Origin: Cyanophyceae cyanobacterium
Lineage (GTDB): Bacteria; Cyanobacteriota; Cyanobacteriia; Cyanobacteriales; JBHJGN01
NCBI GenBank assembly: GCA_050331735.1
Contig: JBHJGN010000071.1
Span: forward strand, 1-60,741
Length of the DNA: 60,741 bases
Direction: 5' to 3'
Shown here: positions 1-9,214 of the stretch, one piece after another
How the letters are laid out: each line of letters begins with the position of its first letter
Position numbering within the stretch: position 1 is the first letter of the stretch
Notes under the pieces: generated by a model
What the model was told of the DNA's origin: nothing
The model's database searches: none
Seen by the model: only the letters and a program-made list of their open reading frames with translations
Translations under genes and position numbers: made by a program

Positions 1-975
1 GGCAACCAGAATCATTTCTGTCGATCCTCCGGGGGCTGTTACTAATATACAGGTTAGCCAATCCCAGGAAGTGATGACCATAGCAACCGATGCCGCCACA
101 AATCCGCTAGCGATGGTCATTGCTACCGGAATAATCGCGTAAGTTAGGTTTCTTCTCTGAGTCTCTACGCAATTGCTCCAGGCTTCCCCAACTGTCATTC
201 CGAGTAATAGTTGACCCATCAAACTCATTACGGGCGGTGGCGCAAAATCAACGGTAGGCAAGAAATAGCCGATTCCATAACTAAACACAATTCCGCCTAT
301 CAAAGTTCCAAAGAAAGAAGCGGCAGGGATACGGCACCGACTCGCTAATTTGACCCCCAGCCATGCCACCAGAATTGAGAGAAGGAGGACGAGTAAATTA
401 GCAGAATCATGACCGTTTGCCGAATTTTCCCAAGAAAGTGTCGTTTGGCGAGCAGCACCCGATGTTCCAGCGAGAAGAGGAATAATCAAAATGACGCTTG
501 TGATGCGCAGGGTTTGAACCGAAGCAACAACAGAAACGTTCCTGCCGTAATCGGCGGCAATACTGGACATTGTGGCGACACCACCAGGTACTGTTGCTAA
601 AAGAGCATTTAGCAAATTAGTCTGGCTGATGCGAGCATAGAAATAGCCGATGCCGCTGCCACAAAGCAGCATAAATAGAGTCAGAAAAATAAAGAGTGGC
701 AACTGGGAAGAAGCGGCAAGTAAATCGCTGTTGGCAATCGCGCAACCAATCGATAAACCAACCATACCCTGCCCAATTTTTCTGCCGATTTTGTTAGGTT
801 TAAGAGACTGCCGCTTTAGAATCCAGTAGCTTCTAAAAACTAGCGCTCCACCCCCCATTCCTCCAAAGATCCAAGCGACACTGCCAAAACCTAGCTGCGC
901 GATCGCTATTCCCAAAAACAAGGCAATGATTGTCTCTAACATCACAATTAATAGCCTTGTCGTGAACTTAGTCAT
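1..975 (-). CDS. AbrB-family (AbrB duplication) membrane protein, 3' end outside window
   Basis: Not in the ORF track. Manual translation from ATG 975 gives MTKFTTRLLIVMLETIIALFLGIAIAQLGFGSVAWIFGG...GRKIGQGMVGLSIG...LLATVPGGVATMSSIAADYGRNVSVVASVQTLRI, with multiple TM helices and the PGG motif. Confidence 0.8.
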   Translation of the reverse strand, partial: MTKFTTRLLIVMLETIIALFLGIAIAQLGFGSVAWIFGGMGGGALVFRSYWILKRQSLKPNKIGRKIGQGMVGLSIGCAIANSDLLAASSQLPLFIFLTLFMLLCGSGIGYFYARISQTNLLNALLATVPGGVATMSSIAADYGRNVSVVASVQTLRITSVILIIPLLAGTSGAARQTTLSWENSANGHDSANLLVLLLSILVAWLGVKLASRCRIPAASFFGTLIGGIVFSYGIGYFLPTVDFAPPPVMSLMGQLLLGMTVGEAWSNCVETQRRNLTYAIIPVAMTIASGFVAASVAMVITSWDWLTCILVTAPGGSTEMILVA

Positions 976-1270
976 TAACTTTGGATACTTCCTGAGAATT
1001 TATTTAAGTATAGATTGAGAAGTTCCTCTTGAAGGGTATTTAAAGAGTCAGAAAATTTTCCTGGTTGACTACTAGGACTAAATCCAAAACAGTTGATGAG
1101 ATTGAAGTATCTAAATTGCTAAAAGCTATATTGTGTAGTAATTGTAGCCATTAACTATGATGGCGATTTTAACAGACTCACACACTCTAGCTAGATTTTT
1201 CCCTATTTAAAAGGTTGTCTTCCGCTGTTATCGGTAGGATAAGAGCGGGAGTTTCTATGCCATTCAGCCC

Positions 1271-2497
1271 ATGAAGATCTTGGTTCTTAATGCCGGTTCC
1301 AGCAGCCAGAAAAGCTGTCTTTACGACCTAAGCGACAACCTGCCCGATCACCCACCAAAACCTCTTTGGCAGGCTGACATTGACTGGACTGGCAGTAACG
1401 ATGAGGGCAAGCTGACGGTAGAAGCCCAAGGCTCAACCCAAGAAATTTCTCTCAACCGCGATGATCGTACTGGGGCGATCGCTACCATGCTAATGACCCT
1501 CACTGAGGGAGAGACAGAGGTAATCGCTCAATTTGCAGACATCGATATTGTCGGTCATCGAGTTGTTCACGGCGGTTCAGATTACTCCGAAGCGACGCTG
1601 ATTACTCCTACTGTTAAAGCGGCGATCGCCTCCCTCATTCCTCTCGCTCCTAGCCACAACCCGGTCCATCTAGAAGGCATTGAAGCCGTCGAGATGATGT
1701 TGCCAAACCTCCCTCAATTAGCTATGTTTGATACCGCTTTTCATGCACATATGCCCCCCGAAGCGGCTATTTACCCAATTCCCTACGAATGGTACGAGAA
1801 AGGCGTTCGTCGCTATGGCTTTCACGGCATCAGCCATAAATACTGTGCAGGGAGAGCCGCTCAACTGCTAGCTCGACCCCTCGATACTCTAAAACTCGTT
1901 ACCTGTCATTTAGGCAACGGTTGCTCCCTCGCCGCCATTCAAAATGGGATGAGTGTTAATACCACAATGGGATTCACCCCCTTAGAAGGATTAATGATGG
2001 GAACCCGCAGCGGCTCGATCGATCCGGCCATTTCCCTCTACCTGATGCGCGAACATCATTTAGAGGCGGACCAGATTGACCGCCTGCTGAACAAAGAATC
2101 GGGATTGCAGGGCATCTCAGGAATCTCTGGAGATATGCGGCAGATTCAGCAACAGATCGACAAAGGCAACAAACGAGCGATGCTGGCTCTGGATATGTAC
2201 GTGCATCGCCTCTGCTCGCAACTAGGGTCAATGATAGCCACCCTTGGCGGAGTCGATGCCTTAGTGTTTACTGCTGGCATCGGAGAACATTCTGCTACGG
2301 TGCGGGAACTCGCCTGTAATCGCCTGCGGTTTTTAGGACTCCAGCTAGACCCCCAAAAGAATGCTGCTTCCCCCGCTGATGAAGACATTGCCACTCCAGA
2401 TTCAGCAGTGCAGGTGTTGATTATTCATGCCGAGGAAGACTGGGCGATCGCTCAAGAATGCTGGCACTATGACAGCAGTCAGCAGTCAGCAGAATGA
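1271..2497 (+). CDS. ackA: acetate kinase
   Basis: MKILVLNAGSSS, GHRVVHGG, FDTAFH, RRYGFHG, HLGNG, MGFTPLEGLMMGTRSGSIDP, FTAGIGE motifs. Confidence 0.97.
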   Translation: MKILVLNAGSSSQKSCLYDLSDNLPDHPPKPLWQADIDWTGSNDEGKLTVEAQGSTQEISLNRDDRTGAIATMLMTLTEGETEVIAQFADIDIVGHRVVHGGSDYSEATLITPTVKAAIASLIPLAPSHNPVHLEGIEAVEMMLPNLPQLAMFDTAFHAHMPPEAAIYPIPYEWYEKGVRRYGFHGISHKYCAGRAAQLLARPLDTLKLVTCHLGNGCSLAAIQNGMSVNTTMGFTPLEGLMMGTRSGSIDPAISLYLMREHHLEADQIDRLLNKESGLQGISGISGDMRQIQQQIDKGNKRAMLALDMYVHRLCSQLGSMIATLGGVDALVFTAGIGEHSATVRELACNRLRFLGLQLDPQKNAASPADEDIATPDSAVQVLIIHAEEDWAIAQECWHYDSSQQSAE

Positions 2498-2634
2498 TTC
2501 GCTGAACTAGTCTTCAGCCTCTTAGGGGATGCTGATCTAGCTGTTCTCCACTATGGTAGCTTGAACCTCACTAGGGTTGAGAGACCATCATTGAGCGATC
2601 GCTTTAGGGTTTTTCCCCGAATTTAGTTAAGACC

Positions 2635-3174
2635 ATGACAAATCTTCAACGATCCCATAAGCTCTTTACCGCTGAAAACTATCTCAACTACGATGACGGC
2701 ACCGACGCACGTTATGAATTACTCAATGGTCTGTTGATGGAAATGCCCCCCGAAAGCAACCTCAATGCCCGTATTGCTGCATTTCTATTCGCTCAATTCC
2801 TCAAACAGCTCTCCTTCTCGCGCATCTGCCATAAAGATGCTGAACTTCAAGTCGCCAGCGTCAAGGTCAGCTTTAGAATTCCGGACCTGATGATTCTTTC
2901 AGAAGCAGGCGAGGAGGCTCTCTCGGGCAGTCCTCGCAACACTATCACCCTAGATATGCCCGCTCCTCTGCTAGTGATTGAAGTCGTATCTCCTGACGAT
3001 CCCGCCAGAGATTACCGATATAAACGTTCTGAATATGCCGTGCGAGGCGTTCCGGAATACTGGATTATCGACCCCGCTCAAAAGCAAGTTTTAGGACTCA
3101 CGCTCAAACTGACAGTTGCTCAAATTCTTTTGGAATCGCCAACCTCATACCATTTACCGAAAGTAGTCAGATAG
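2635..3174 (+). CDS. Uma2-family (DUF820) endonuclease-like protein, C-terminus probably damaged
   Basis: RYELLNG..EMPPES, PDLMIL, PLLVIEVVSP, DYRYKRSEYA..GVPEYWIIDP; the stop codon lies inside the MITE. Confidence 0.85.
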   Translation: MTNLQRSHKLFTAENYLNYDDGTDARYELLNGLLMEMPPESNLNARIAAFLFAQFLKQLSFSRICHKDAELQVASVKVSFRIPDLMILSEAGEEALSGSPRNTITLDMPAPLLVIEVVSPDDPARDYRYKRSEYAVRGVPEYWIIDPAQKQVLGLTLKLTVAQILLESPTSYHLPKVVR

Positions 3175-3283
3175 TTCCTTAAACAAACTAAGCATTGGAG
3201 GTTCAAGGGCAAAGAGCTGCTGTGCGTCCCTTTCCCCTTTCCCCCAACTCATCAAGTCTCCTATTACTTTTTCTAATTGGTAT
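3147..3283 (+). mobile_element. MITE-like element family A, copy 1
   Basis: Near-identical copies at 55797-55925 and 60603-end (reverse). Imperfect terminal inverted repeats ATACCATTTACCGAAAGTA / ATACCAATTAGAAAAAGTA (15/19). Confidence 0.85.
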
Positions 3284-3347
3284 CAGAATGACCGAGGGAG
3301 CGATCGCCTGTTTGAACCAGCGCTCGAGTCTAATCATTTTTTTAAAC

Positions 3348-4064
3348 TTAATCGTACCCGCTTAAAAGTTCCTTCAGCTTGGGGCTAGCACGGTCTAGCA
3401 CTTCTTGACGCGCCTCTCGGAACGGATTTTCTAGGGGACGAACGAACTTAAGAGCATAGTTGCCGAGAATGGACACTCTGGGTTCATTAGCAGTGTTGGC
3501 AGAGGTATTGTGCCATGCTAATCCGTGGGAAAGCACCACCGACCCGGCTTGACCCGTGATTTTTTGAGCGACCCGATTAAAATCCGGGACGCTAGGAAGG
3601 CTGCAACGCTTCTGGGACTCCGGGGCGAACAGGGGCGCACCATTGTTTTCGGTGAAGTCTTCCACCATCCAAATCGCCTGCACCTCCATCACCGGGTGTT
3701 TGGGGAAGGGCGGCTCCATTGCCCAGTAGGGATAGTCTACATGAACGCCCATTTCTGTTGCGCCAGGGTGAAGAATATGAGCGGAAAAGCCCCCCAAGGT
3801 AATTTCTGAACCTAAAATTGCCTCCACGACCTCAAGAACCAGAGGATGCTGCACCATCTGCTCAAAAATTTTGCCCCGATAGAGCAGGCTGTACAGTCTT
3901 TCCCGCTTACCGTCTATCAGCAGTTTGCCCTGCTGCTTCTCCTGTGCCGCATGTTGCAGCACGAGCGATCGCGCTTCATTAGCCTGGGTTATACTGAGAA
4001 CTTCAGGAATCAGTACGTACCCTCGACCCTCCAAAATTTCGTGCTTAATGCTGGCAACGTTCAT
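3348..4064 (-). CDS. phytanoyl-CoA dioxygenase (PhyH) family Fe/2OG dioxygenase
   Basis: GYVLIPEVL, HVD (HxD), WMVEDFTENNGAP, GSVVLSHGLAWH, RVSILGNY. Confidence 0.9.
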   Translation of the reverse strand: MNVASIKHEILEGRGYVLIPEVLSITQANEARSLVLQHAAQEKQQGKLLIDGKRERLYSLLYRGKIFEQMVQHPLVLEVVEAILGSEITLGGFSAHILHPGATEMGVHVDYPYWAMEPPFPKHPVMEVQAIWMVEDFTENNGAPLFAPESQKRCSLPSVPDFNRVAQKITGQAGSVVLSHGLAWHNTSANTANEPRVSILGNYALKFVRPLENPFREARQEVLDRASPKLKELLSGYD

Positions 4065-4070
4065 CCAAAC

Positions 4071-5633
4071 TTAAATAGTAAAAGAATAAAGCTCTTGATC
4101 AATCCACTGCCGCTGATAGCGTTCGGCGACAATCGGTCGCACCACAAATTTAGGAGGAGTACCAGAAAGCACATCAATTCTCAAACATGAGTAGGGACGG
4201 CGCTTGTTCGCCCCATGACCATTACGACCAACAAATAAATGCGATCGCGCCACTTTGCGCTCCTCCTCAGCTTCATGCGTTTCCGTTAACACATCTCCTT
4301 CCGGGCGCTGGCGACGTAAACTGTGACCGCTGCCGCCGCAGACAAGCCAGTTGATATAAGAGTCGGCGTGTCCGGTATCTACCGTAGACAGATGCTCTAA
4401 ACAGTGGGCGTGTCCTGACAGCACCAAATCCACAACCGGACGCTCTTGGGCTATGTCTTTGACTTCTGCTCGTACCGTGTTGAATACACCCCGCAGGCGA
4501 TCGCGGATTTCTAAGGTTTGCGACTGGTCCCACTTCGTCTGTTCCGTTACGTAGGGAGGATGGTGAAAGAAAACCACCCGTCCGCGTACTTCAGGGTTGT
4601 GCCACGATGCCACTAACCGAACTTGAAACCAGTCGAGCTGCTCGTAATCAATTCTATGTATAGGACTCGCTTCTAGCTGCTTTTCAATATCGAGCTGAGC
4701 TTCCTCAATTTGATTCAGCTTTCCCTGGCAGTCATCAATCTGCTCTGCCTCTTCTGGTTTATTGGCGTCAAGCTGAGCGAGCTTCTGCATCAGTTTGTTT
4801 TGCACCTCTTCAAGCGTCTTCTGGCGCTTGAGCAGGTTCTGACGCTTCGCATTGCCTTCCTGGGTATCTGGAATCGCCTCTGGACTGTTAAAGGTATTAG
4901 AGTCAAGGGCAAAGAAATCAATGCCGCCATAGCGGAAGGTATAGTAGCGATTGGGGAGCCGGGTAAAGTGTCCTGGCTCGTAGCGCAAACAGCGACCTGT
5001 ATCGGTTTTGGCAGCATAGTGCTGCTCAAGATGTTTCTCTAATTCCGTTCTTCTCAGATCTTTTAAGCAATCAAGAAAAGCTTTTGCATAGGCTTCACCA
5101 ACTCCTGAACCATGCCAGCCAACCCCCAGATCTAACTTCGTTTTAAACAAATGGCGCAGGGGCCAACTCACCTGAGCCAAGAAGCCGTAAACTAAGGGGA
5201 GTTCGTAGTAGTCGTGATTCCCCGGAACTGGCAAAAAGGGCAGGCGAAACACCATGCGGTCATATTTAATGCCTTGAGGAGATTCTCCCCCGACAATCAG
5301 CTCGCGGTAGGGTTCAATGAAGTTTTTGGGGTAATACTCACTCGAACCAACCTGGTAGATCACATCGCCAGTATGCAGCACAAAGCGGCAGGAGTCGAGA
5401 TGAGGAAGCATGAGCTCCGCAATTTTTCGTTGCGGATGGTGATCGGGATGGGTTCCAGAACCTGTATCGCCGAGCACTAAAAATGAAAACTCCGGTGTAT
5501 CGGAGTTGGAATCGTCGATTTCTAAGCGAGTTTGATCGATTGAGTGCTGTGCTATACTTTTCTCCTGCCACCGCACCCTGCGCTTCATCCTGTCAATCTT
5601 CTTAGAAATGGGCGGATCGGATACAAATTTCAT
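4071..5633 (-). CDS. calcineurin-like metallophosphoesterase with coiled-coil insertion
   Basis: GDTG, HTGDVIY, PGNHDYY, FHHPPY, SGHAH motifs; start taken at ATG 5633 (MKFVSDPP). Confidence 0.9.
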   Translation of the reverse strand: MKFVSDPPISKKIDRMKRRVRWQEKSIAQHSIDQTRLEIDDSNSDTPEFSFLVLGDTGSGTHPDHHPQRKIAELMLPHLDSCRFVLHTGDVIYQVGSSEYYPKNFIEPYRELIVGGESPQGIKYDRMVFRLPFLPVPGNHDYYELPLVYGFLAQVSWPLRHLFKTKLDLGVGWHGSGVGEAYAKAFLDCLKDLRRTELEKHLEQHYAAKTDTGRCLRYEPGHFTRLPNRYYTFRYGGIDFFALDSNTFNSPEAIPDTQEGNAKRQNLLKRQKTLEEVQNKLMQKLAQLDANKPEEAEQIDDCQGKLNQIEEAQLDIEKQLEASPIHRIDYEQLDWFQVRLVASWHNPEVRGRVVFFHHPPYVTEQTKWDQSQTLEIRDRLRGVFNTVRAEVKDIAQERPVVDLVLSGHAHCLEHLSTVDTGHADSYINWLVCGGSGHSLRRQRPEGDVLTETHEAEEERKVARSHLFVGRNGHGANKRRPYSCLRIDVLSGTPPKFVVRPIVAERYQRQWIDQELYSFTI

Positions 5634-5693
5634 GACTGCCATCTTCCGGATTGCCACCCCGATTATAGCTAGCGTCGGAAGTTGCTGCGCAAC

Positions 5694-5852
5694 GGAAAAG
5701 GGGAAAGGGGAAGCGCCACTGGCGCAGGGGAAAGGGGAAAGGGGAAAGGGGGAATAAATTAGCTTATTCCTTAGCCCTGTGTTCTTTTGCCGTCGTGAGC
5801 GCGACAGTTTCCCCTTTCCCCGTCCCGCACCGGACAGTTTTCCCTTTTCCCC
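5694..5852. repeat. dispersed repeat family B, copy 1 (GGGGAAA/TTTCCCC arms around a conserved core)
   Basis: Core AAATTAGCTTATTCCTTAGCCCTGTGTT matches 26077-26104 at 24/28; shares CCCGTCCCGCACCGGACAGTT with copy 2. Confidence 0.8.
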
Positions 5853-5919
5853 AAACTAACGCTGAAAACTTTTACCAACTCATGAAGTCTTTTCCCTTTG
5901 CCCATCGCCAAGCGACGTT

Positions 5920-6120
5920 CTATGTTCGATCTTCAATGCCAAGGGTAGAATCTTCTAGAGCTTGTTCTACTTCGCCGAGTTCTTTTTCCGTTTCAGGATC
6001 GAGAGATTGAGTGGAAGGTTCGTCTGCATACTTTTGCACTTCAAGGTCTACAGCTTCCCCGCTAGAGACGGGATCGGGTGAAACAGCAGCATCGTTCTTT
6101 GGATGTTGAGATTCAGTCAT
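5920..6120 (-). CDS. small acidic hypothetical protein (66 aa)
   Basis: ATG start, hydrophilic D/E-rich sequence, fills an intergenic gap. Confidence 0.55.
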   Translation of the reverse strand: MTESQHPKNDAAVSPDPVSSGEAVDLEVQKYADEPSTQSLDPETEKELGEVEQALEDSTLGIEDRT

Positions 6121-6222
6121 AGCAGTTTACGTCATTCTTGACTTTTAAAGTGTTTCCATTGAGGTCTCGTTGCTAGGCGATCGCTATTCTACATGCTAGT
6201 AGTCCTAAGCGATTGGCAACAA

Positions 6223-6813
6223 CTATCCCCTTCTTAACAAACCTCCAAATATCAAAGCCGTACCGGCACCCAAGATAGTCAAAGGCTCTGGGACTGGAGT
6301 AACGCCAGTAATACTGATATCAAATTCAACACTGCTAAGCCCATCTTCTTCAAATCCTGCAACAATGCCTGAAGAATCGAGAATTGGATCGTTATTAAAA
6401 GTAGTTACTGCAACGAGGAACTGATCTGTTTCGGAGACAAGAAAATTGGAAATAAGAGAGGTGAAACCTTCACCACTATCATCGTCTTCTGCTAGAAGTG
6501 TACCTAGACTATCAAAAAGAAAAAGCTGAGTATCGTCGTCTGTAAAGATAGTTCCTGGAAGAACGTTTGTTACATCAACATCAATGGTAATTAGGTCACC
6601 CGAAAATGCGGTAAAATCAAAAATTTCTTGACCGGTACTTACTGCACCTGACGCAAAGCCTGCTCCAGTAAACACGTCAATTTTTGTTGATGGGAATAAA
6701 GCTGGAGGTGTAACTCTCATCGCATTGGAAGCTCTTGAAGTTCCTAAAATAATGAGCGTTGTTCCAGTAATCACTATTGGTAAGGATTTTAATAAATTCC
6801 AGGCAAGGGTCAT
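6223..6813 (-). CDS. PEP-CTERM surface protein with PPC/DVUA0089-like domain
   Basis: Signal peptide; DTQLFLFDSLGTLLAEDDDSG; C-terminal VPEPLTILGAGTALIFGGLLRRG. Confidence 0.88.
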   Translation of the reverse strand: MTLAWNLLKSLPIVITGTTLIILGTSRASNAMRVTPPALFPSTKIDVFTGAGFASGAVSTGQEIFDFTAFSGDLITIDVDVTNVLPGTIFTDDDTQLFLFDSLGTLLAEDDDSGEGFTSLISNFLVSETDQFLVAVTTFNNDPILDSSGIVAGFEEDGLSSVEFDISITGVTPVPEPLTILGAGTALIFGGLLRRG

Positions 6814-7317
6814 ATCAAAAAAATACTGCTTTTGTAAACCAAAGAAAGCAGCCTATAAAATCATAAACGAGCAGGCTAAAATTTAACCGTAGATGCCGCA
6901 GAACAGGTCACAAAAACAGGTAATTTAGTGAAACTAGAAAAATCCTTTAGATTTGCTGCCAATCCTATTTCTCAATCTGTTTTTTTCGACGAACGGCTGT
7001 TGTTTTTACTGATTTATCTACTGTCAGTTTCTCGAAGTCAAAATAGAGTAAACAAAAAACTTTTTATAGAGCAGAGATAGCAATAAATAGCTAGAGTGAT
7101 TGACTTCAGCTCTGTTCCATCACAGCTTCCTCATTTAAGTTTTCATCAATTCCAGACATTTCTCTGAAATTTTGTTTGCTGTTCACACAGAATCCACATT
7201 TTTAGATCAATACAGACAAAGCCGAGCCACTCTCCCTTTTCATGCATCTATTGGCGCTGCATACTGAAGAGATGGAATGTCTAAAGACACCTAGCCTTCT
7301 CCGGAGCCTAACGATAC

Positions 7318-8292
7318 TTAAGGAGATACAGCAGCAGGTTCAGACGAATTAAAAGCGGTGTATTCTCCTCCTAACGCTTCTACAATCGTGCGCGTGTTAG
7401 CAACCAGCATGTTTACGTAGCTATCTCCCTCGCTTCCCGAGGCTCCAATAGAGTCGGAATAAAGTTCCTGGGAAGCAAGCGGCACTCCAGATTCTTGAGC
7501 AACGGCTTCTAGAAGCACTGGATTAATCGTCGTTTCGGCAAAAATTGCTTTAATATTCGTGCTTTGAAGTTGGTCTGATAAATTTTTCACCGTTTGAGCG
7601 CTGGGCTGTTCTTCAGTACTGATACCAATGAGAGTACCGGGGATTTCTAATCCATAAGCGCGAGCATAGTACTGAAAGGCATCGTGGGTGGTCACTAGCT
7701 GCCGCTGGGGTTCGGGAATCGTTTCAATCTGTTCGGTAATCCAGGTGTCAAGCTGCTGAAGTTCATCAATGAGCTGAGCGGCATTTTCTGTAAAGACGGC
7801 GCTATCTTCGGGAGCAAGGGTGCTCAGCTCGTCTCGAATTGTTTCTACCATCATGATGGCGTTCTCGGCATCGCCCCAAACGTGAGGATCGGGCTCAGTT
7901 TGACCGTCATACTCATAATCTAGAGGAACAACGGATTCGCCAACGGCAACTTTTTGGGCATTAATCCCCGCCGCATTCATGACTTTGATTAAACCAGGTT
8001 CTAGGTTATAGCCGTTGTAAAAAATCAGGTCTGCTTCCTCAAAGGCAATACTGTCTTGGGGAACAGGTTCATAGACGTGAGGATCGGCTCCGGGTTTGAG
8101 AATGCCGACATGCTCAATCTCCTCTCCGCCAACTCGCTCGGTCAAATCTGCCAAAATAGTGCTCGTGGATACGACTTTAGGCTGATTATCCTCGGTCGTT
8201 GGCCTGTTAGTTTGAGGATTACAGCCACTGAGCCAAATTCCTAACCCTAGTCCCGCCGCTGCTATTGGGATGCTTTTCTGAAACGCAATCAT
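7318..8292 (-). CDS. mntC: Mn/Zn ABC transporter substrate-binding lipoprotein (MntC-like)
   Basis: Lipobox LSGC, GADPHVYEP, DPHVW, TTHDAFQYY, LYSDSIG. Confidence 0.9.
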   Translation of the reverse strand: MIAFQKSIPIAAAGLGLGIWLSGCNPQTNRPTTEDNQPKVVSTSTILADLTERVGGEEIEHVGILKPGADPHVYEPVPQDSIAFEEADLIFYNGYNLEPGLIKVMNAAGINAQKVAVGESVVPLDYEYDGQTEPDPHVWGDAENAIMMVETIRDELSTLAPEDSAVFTENAAQLIDELQQLDTWITEQIETIPEPQRQLVTTHDAFQYYARAYGLEIPGTLIGISTEEQPSAQTVKNLSDQLQSTNIKAIFAETTINPVLLEAVAQESGVPLASQELYSDSIGASGSEGDSYVNMLVANTRTIVEALGGEYTAFNSSEPAAVSP

Positions 8293-8308
8293 GATTGCTG
8301 CCCACGAC

Positions 8309-8360
8309 TTATCATAATTTATTCATAATCTTCCTTAAGTATTATCATATTTCTTTCATA
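8309..8360 (-). promoter_or_regulatory. two tandem ManR-like boxes
   Basis: Minus strand reads TATGAAAGAAATATGATAA (8342-8360) and TATGAATAAATTATGATAA (8309-8327), resembling the recalled ManR direct-repeat consensus TATGAAAAGAATATGAGAA; lies between the divergent mnt genes. Confidence 0.75.
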
Positions 8361-8431
8361 TTTAGTTTATGCTGGGAGCAGAAGGGAAAAAACTGTCGTG
8401 ATTTCCCCCATATTTTCTAGAGGAAAAGAGC

Positions 8432-9181
8432 ATGAGCAGTACGGCGGATATTCAGGTCAATAATCTTGGCGTTTACTATCGCGCGGTAGAAGCACTGAAA
8501 GAGATTTCGGTTTCGGTCCAGCCAGGGCGAGTAACGGGCATGATTGGACCGAATGGTGCTGGAAAAAGTACGCTGCTCAAGGCGATGTTGGGGCTAATTC
8601 CAGTCAGTAGTGGTCGAGTGCTTTACAACGACCATCCTTTAAGTCAATATCGAGACCAGGTGGCATACGTTCCGCAGCGATCGCAGATCGACTGGACCTA
8701 CCCCGCCACAGTCTGGGATGTCGTCATGATGGGCCGAGTGCGCAAAACTGGCTGGTTTCGTCGCTTTTCTGCCGTGAGTCGCTTTTCTGCCAAAGCAGCG
8801 CTAGAGCGAGTCGGCATGCTGCCTTACCGCAATCGACCGATTGGGCACCTTTCAGGAGGACAGCAGCAGCGTGTTTTTTTAGCGCGTTCTCTCGCTCAAG
8901 AAGCAGAAATCTTCTTTTTCGACGAGCCATTTGTCGGCGTTGACCAGAGAACTGAAGCGATTCTCTTTAATATCTTTCACGAACTCGCTAACGCTGGCAA
9001 AATTGTCTTAGTAGTCAATCACGATCTTGGAGAATCGATTACCAACTTCGACGATCTCATTCTGCTCAACAAGCACTTAGTCGCGGCAGGAGAGCGTCAA
9101 GCAGTTCTGCAAGAAGAAAACCTCAACCGCGCCTACGGAGGCCAGGTAATTTACTTCTCTGAACCCCCAATGGCAGCCTAA
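8432..9181 (+). CDS. mntA: Mn/Zn ABC transporter ATP-binding protein
   Basis: GPNGAGKST, YVPQR, LSGGQQQRVFLAR, DEPFVGVD. Confidence 0.9.
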   Translation: MSSTADIQVNNLGVYYRAVEALKEISVSVQPGRVTGMIGPNGAGKSTLLKAMLGLIPVSSGRVLYNDHPLSQYRDQVAYVPQRSQIDWTYPATVWDVVMMGRVRKTGWFRRFSAVSRFSAKAALERVGMLPYRNRPIGHLSGGQQQRVFLARSLAQEAEIFFFDEPFVGVDQRTEAILFNIFHELANAGKIVLVVNHDLGESITNFDDLILLNKHLVAAGERQAVLQEENLNRAYGGQVIYFSEPPMAA

Positions 9182-9214
9182 CAATAAGCAATCAACCATC
9201 AACAAACAGAATTG

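Noticed and set aside
409..600. 63-aa plus-strand ORF
   Set aside because: Antisense shadow of the AbrB-family gene on the minus strand.
1130..1160. NtcA-like GTA motifs upstream of ackA (also near 40515)
   Set aside because: None has the GTA-N8-TAC spacing.
5694..5852. Possible CRISPR array in repeat-rich intergenic regions
   Set aside because: No constant repeat with unique spacers and no cas genes; these are heptamer STRR-type tracts.
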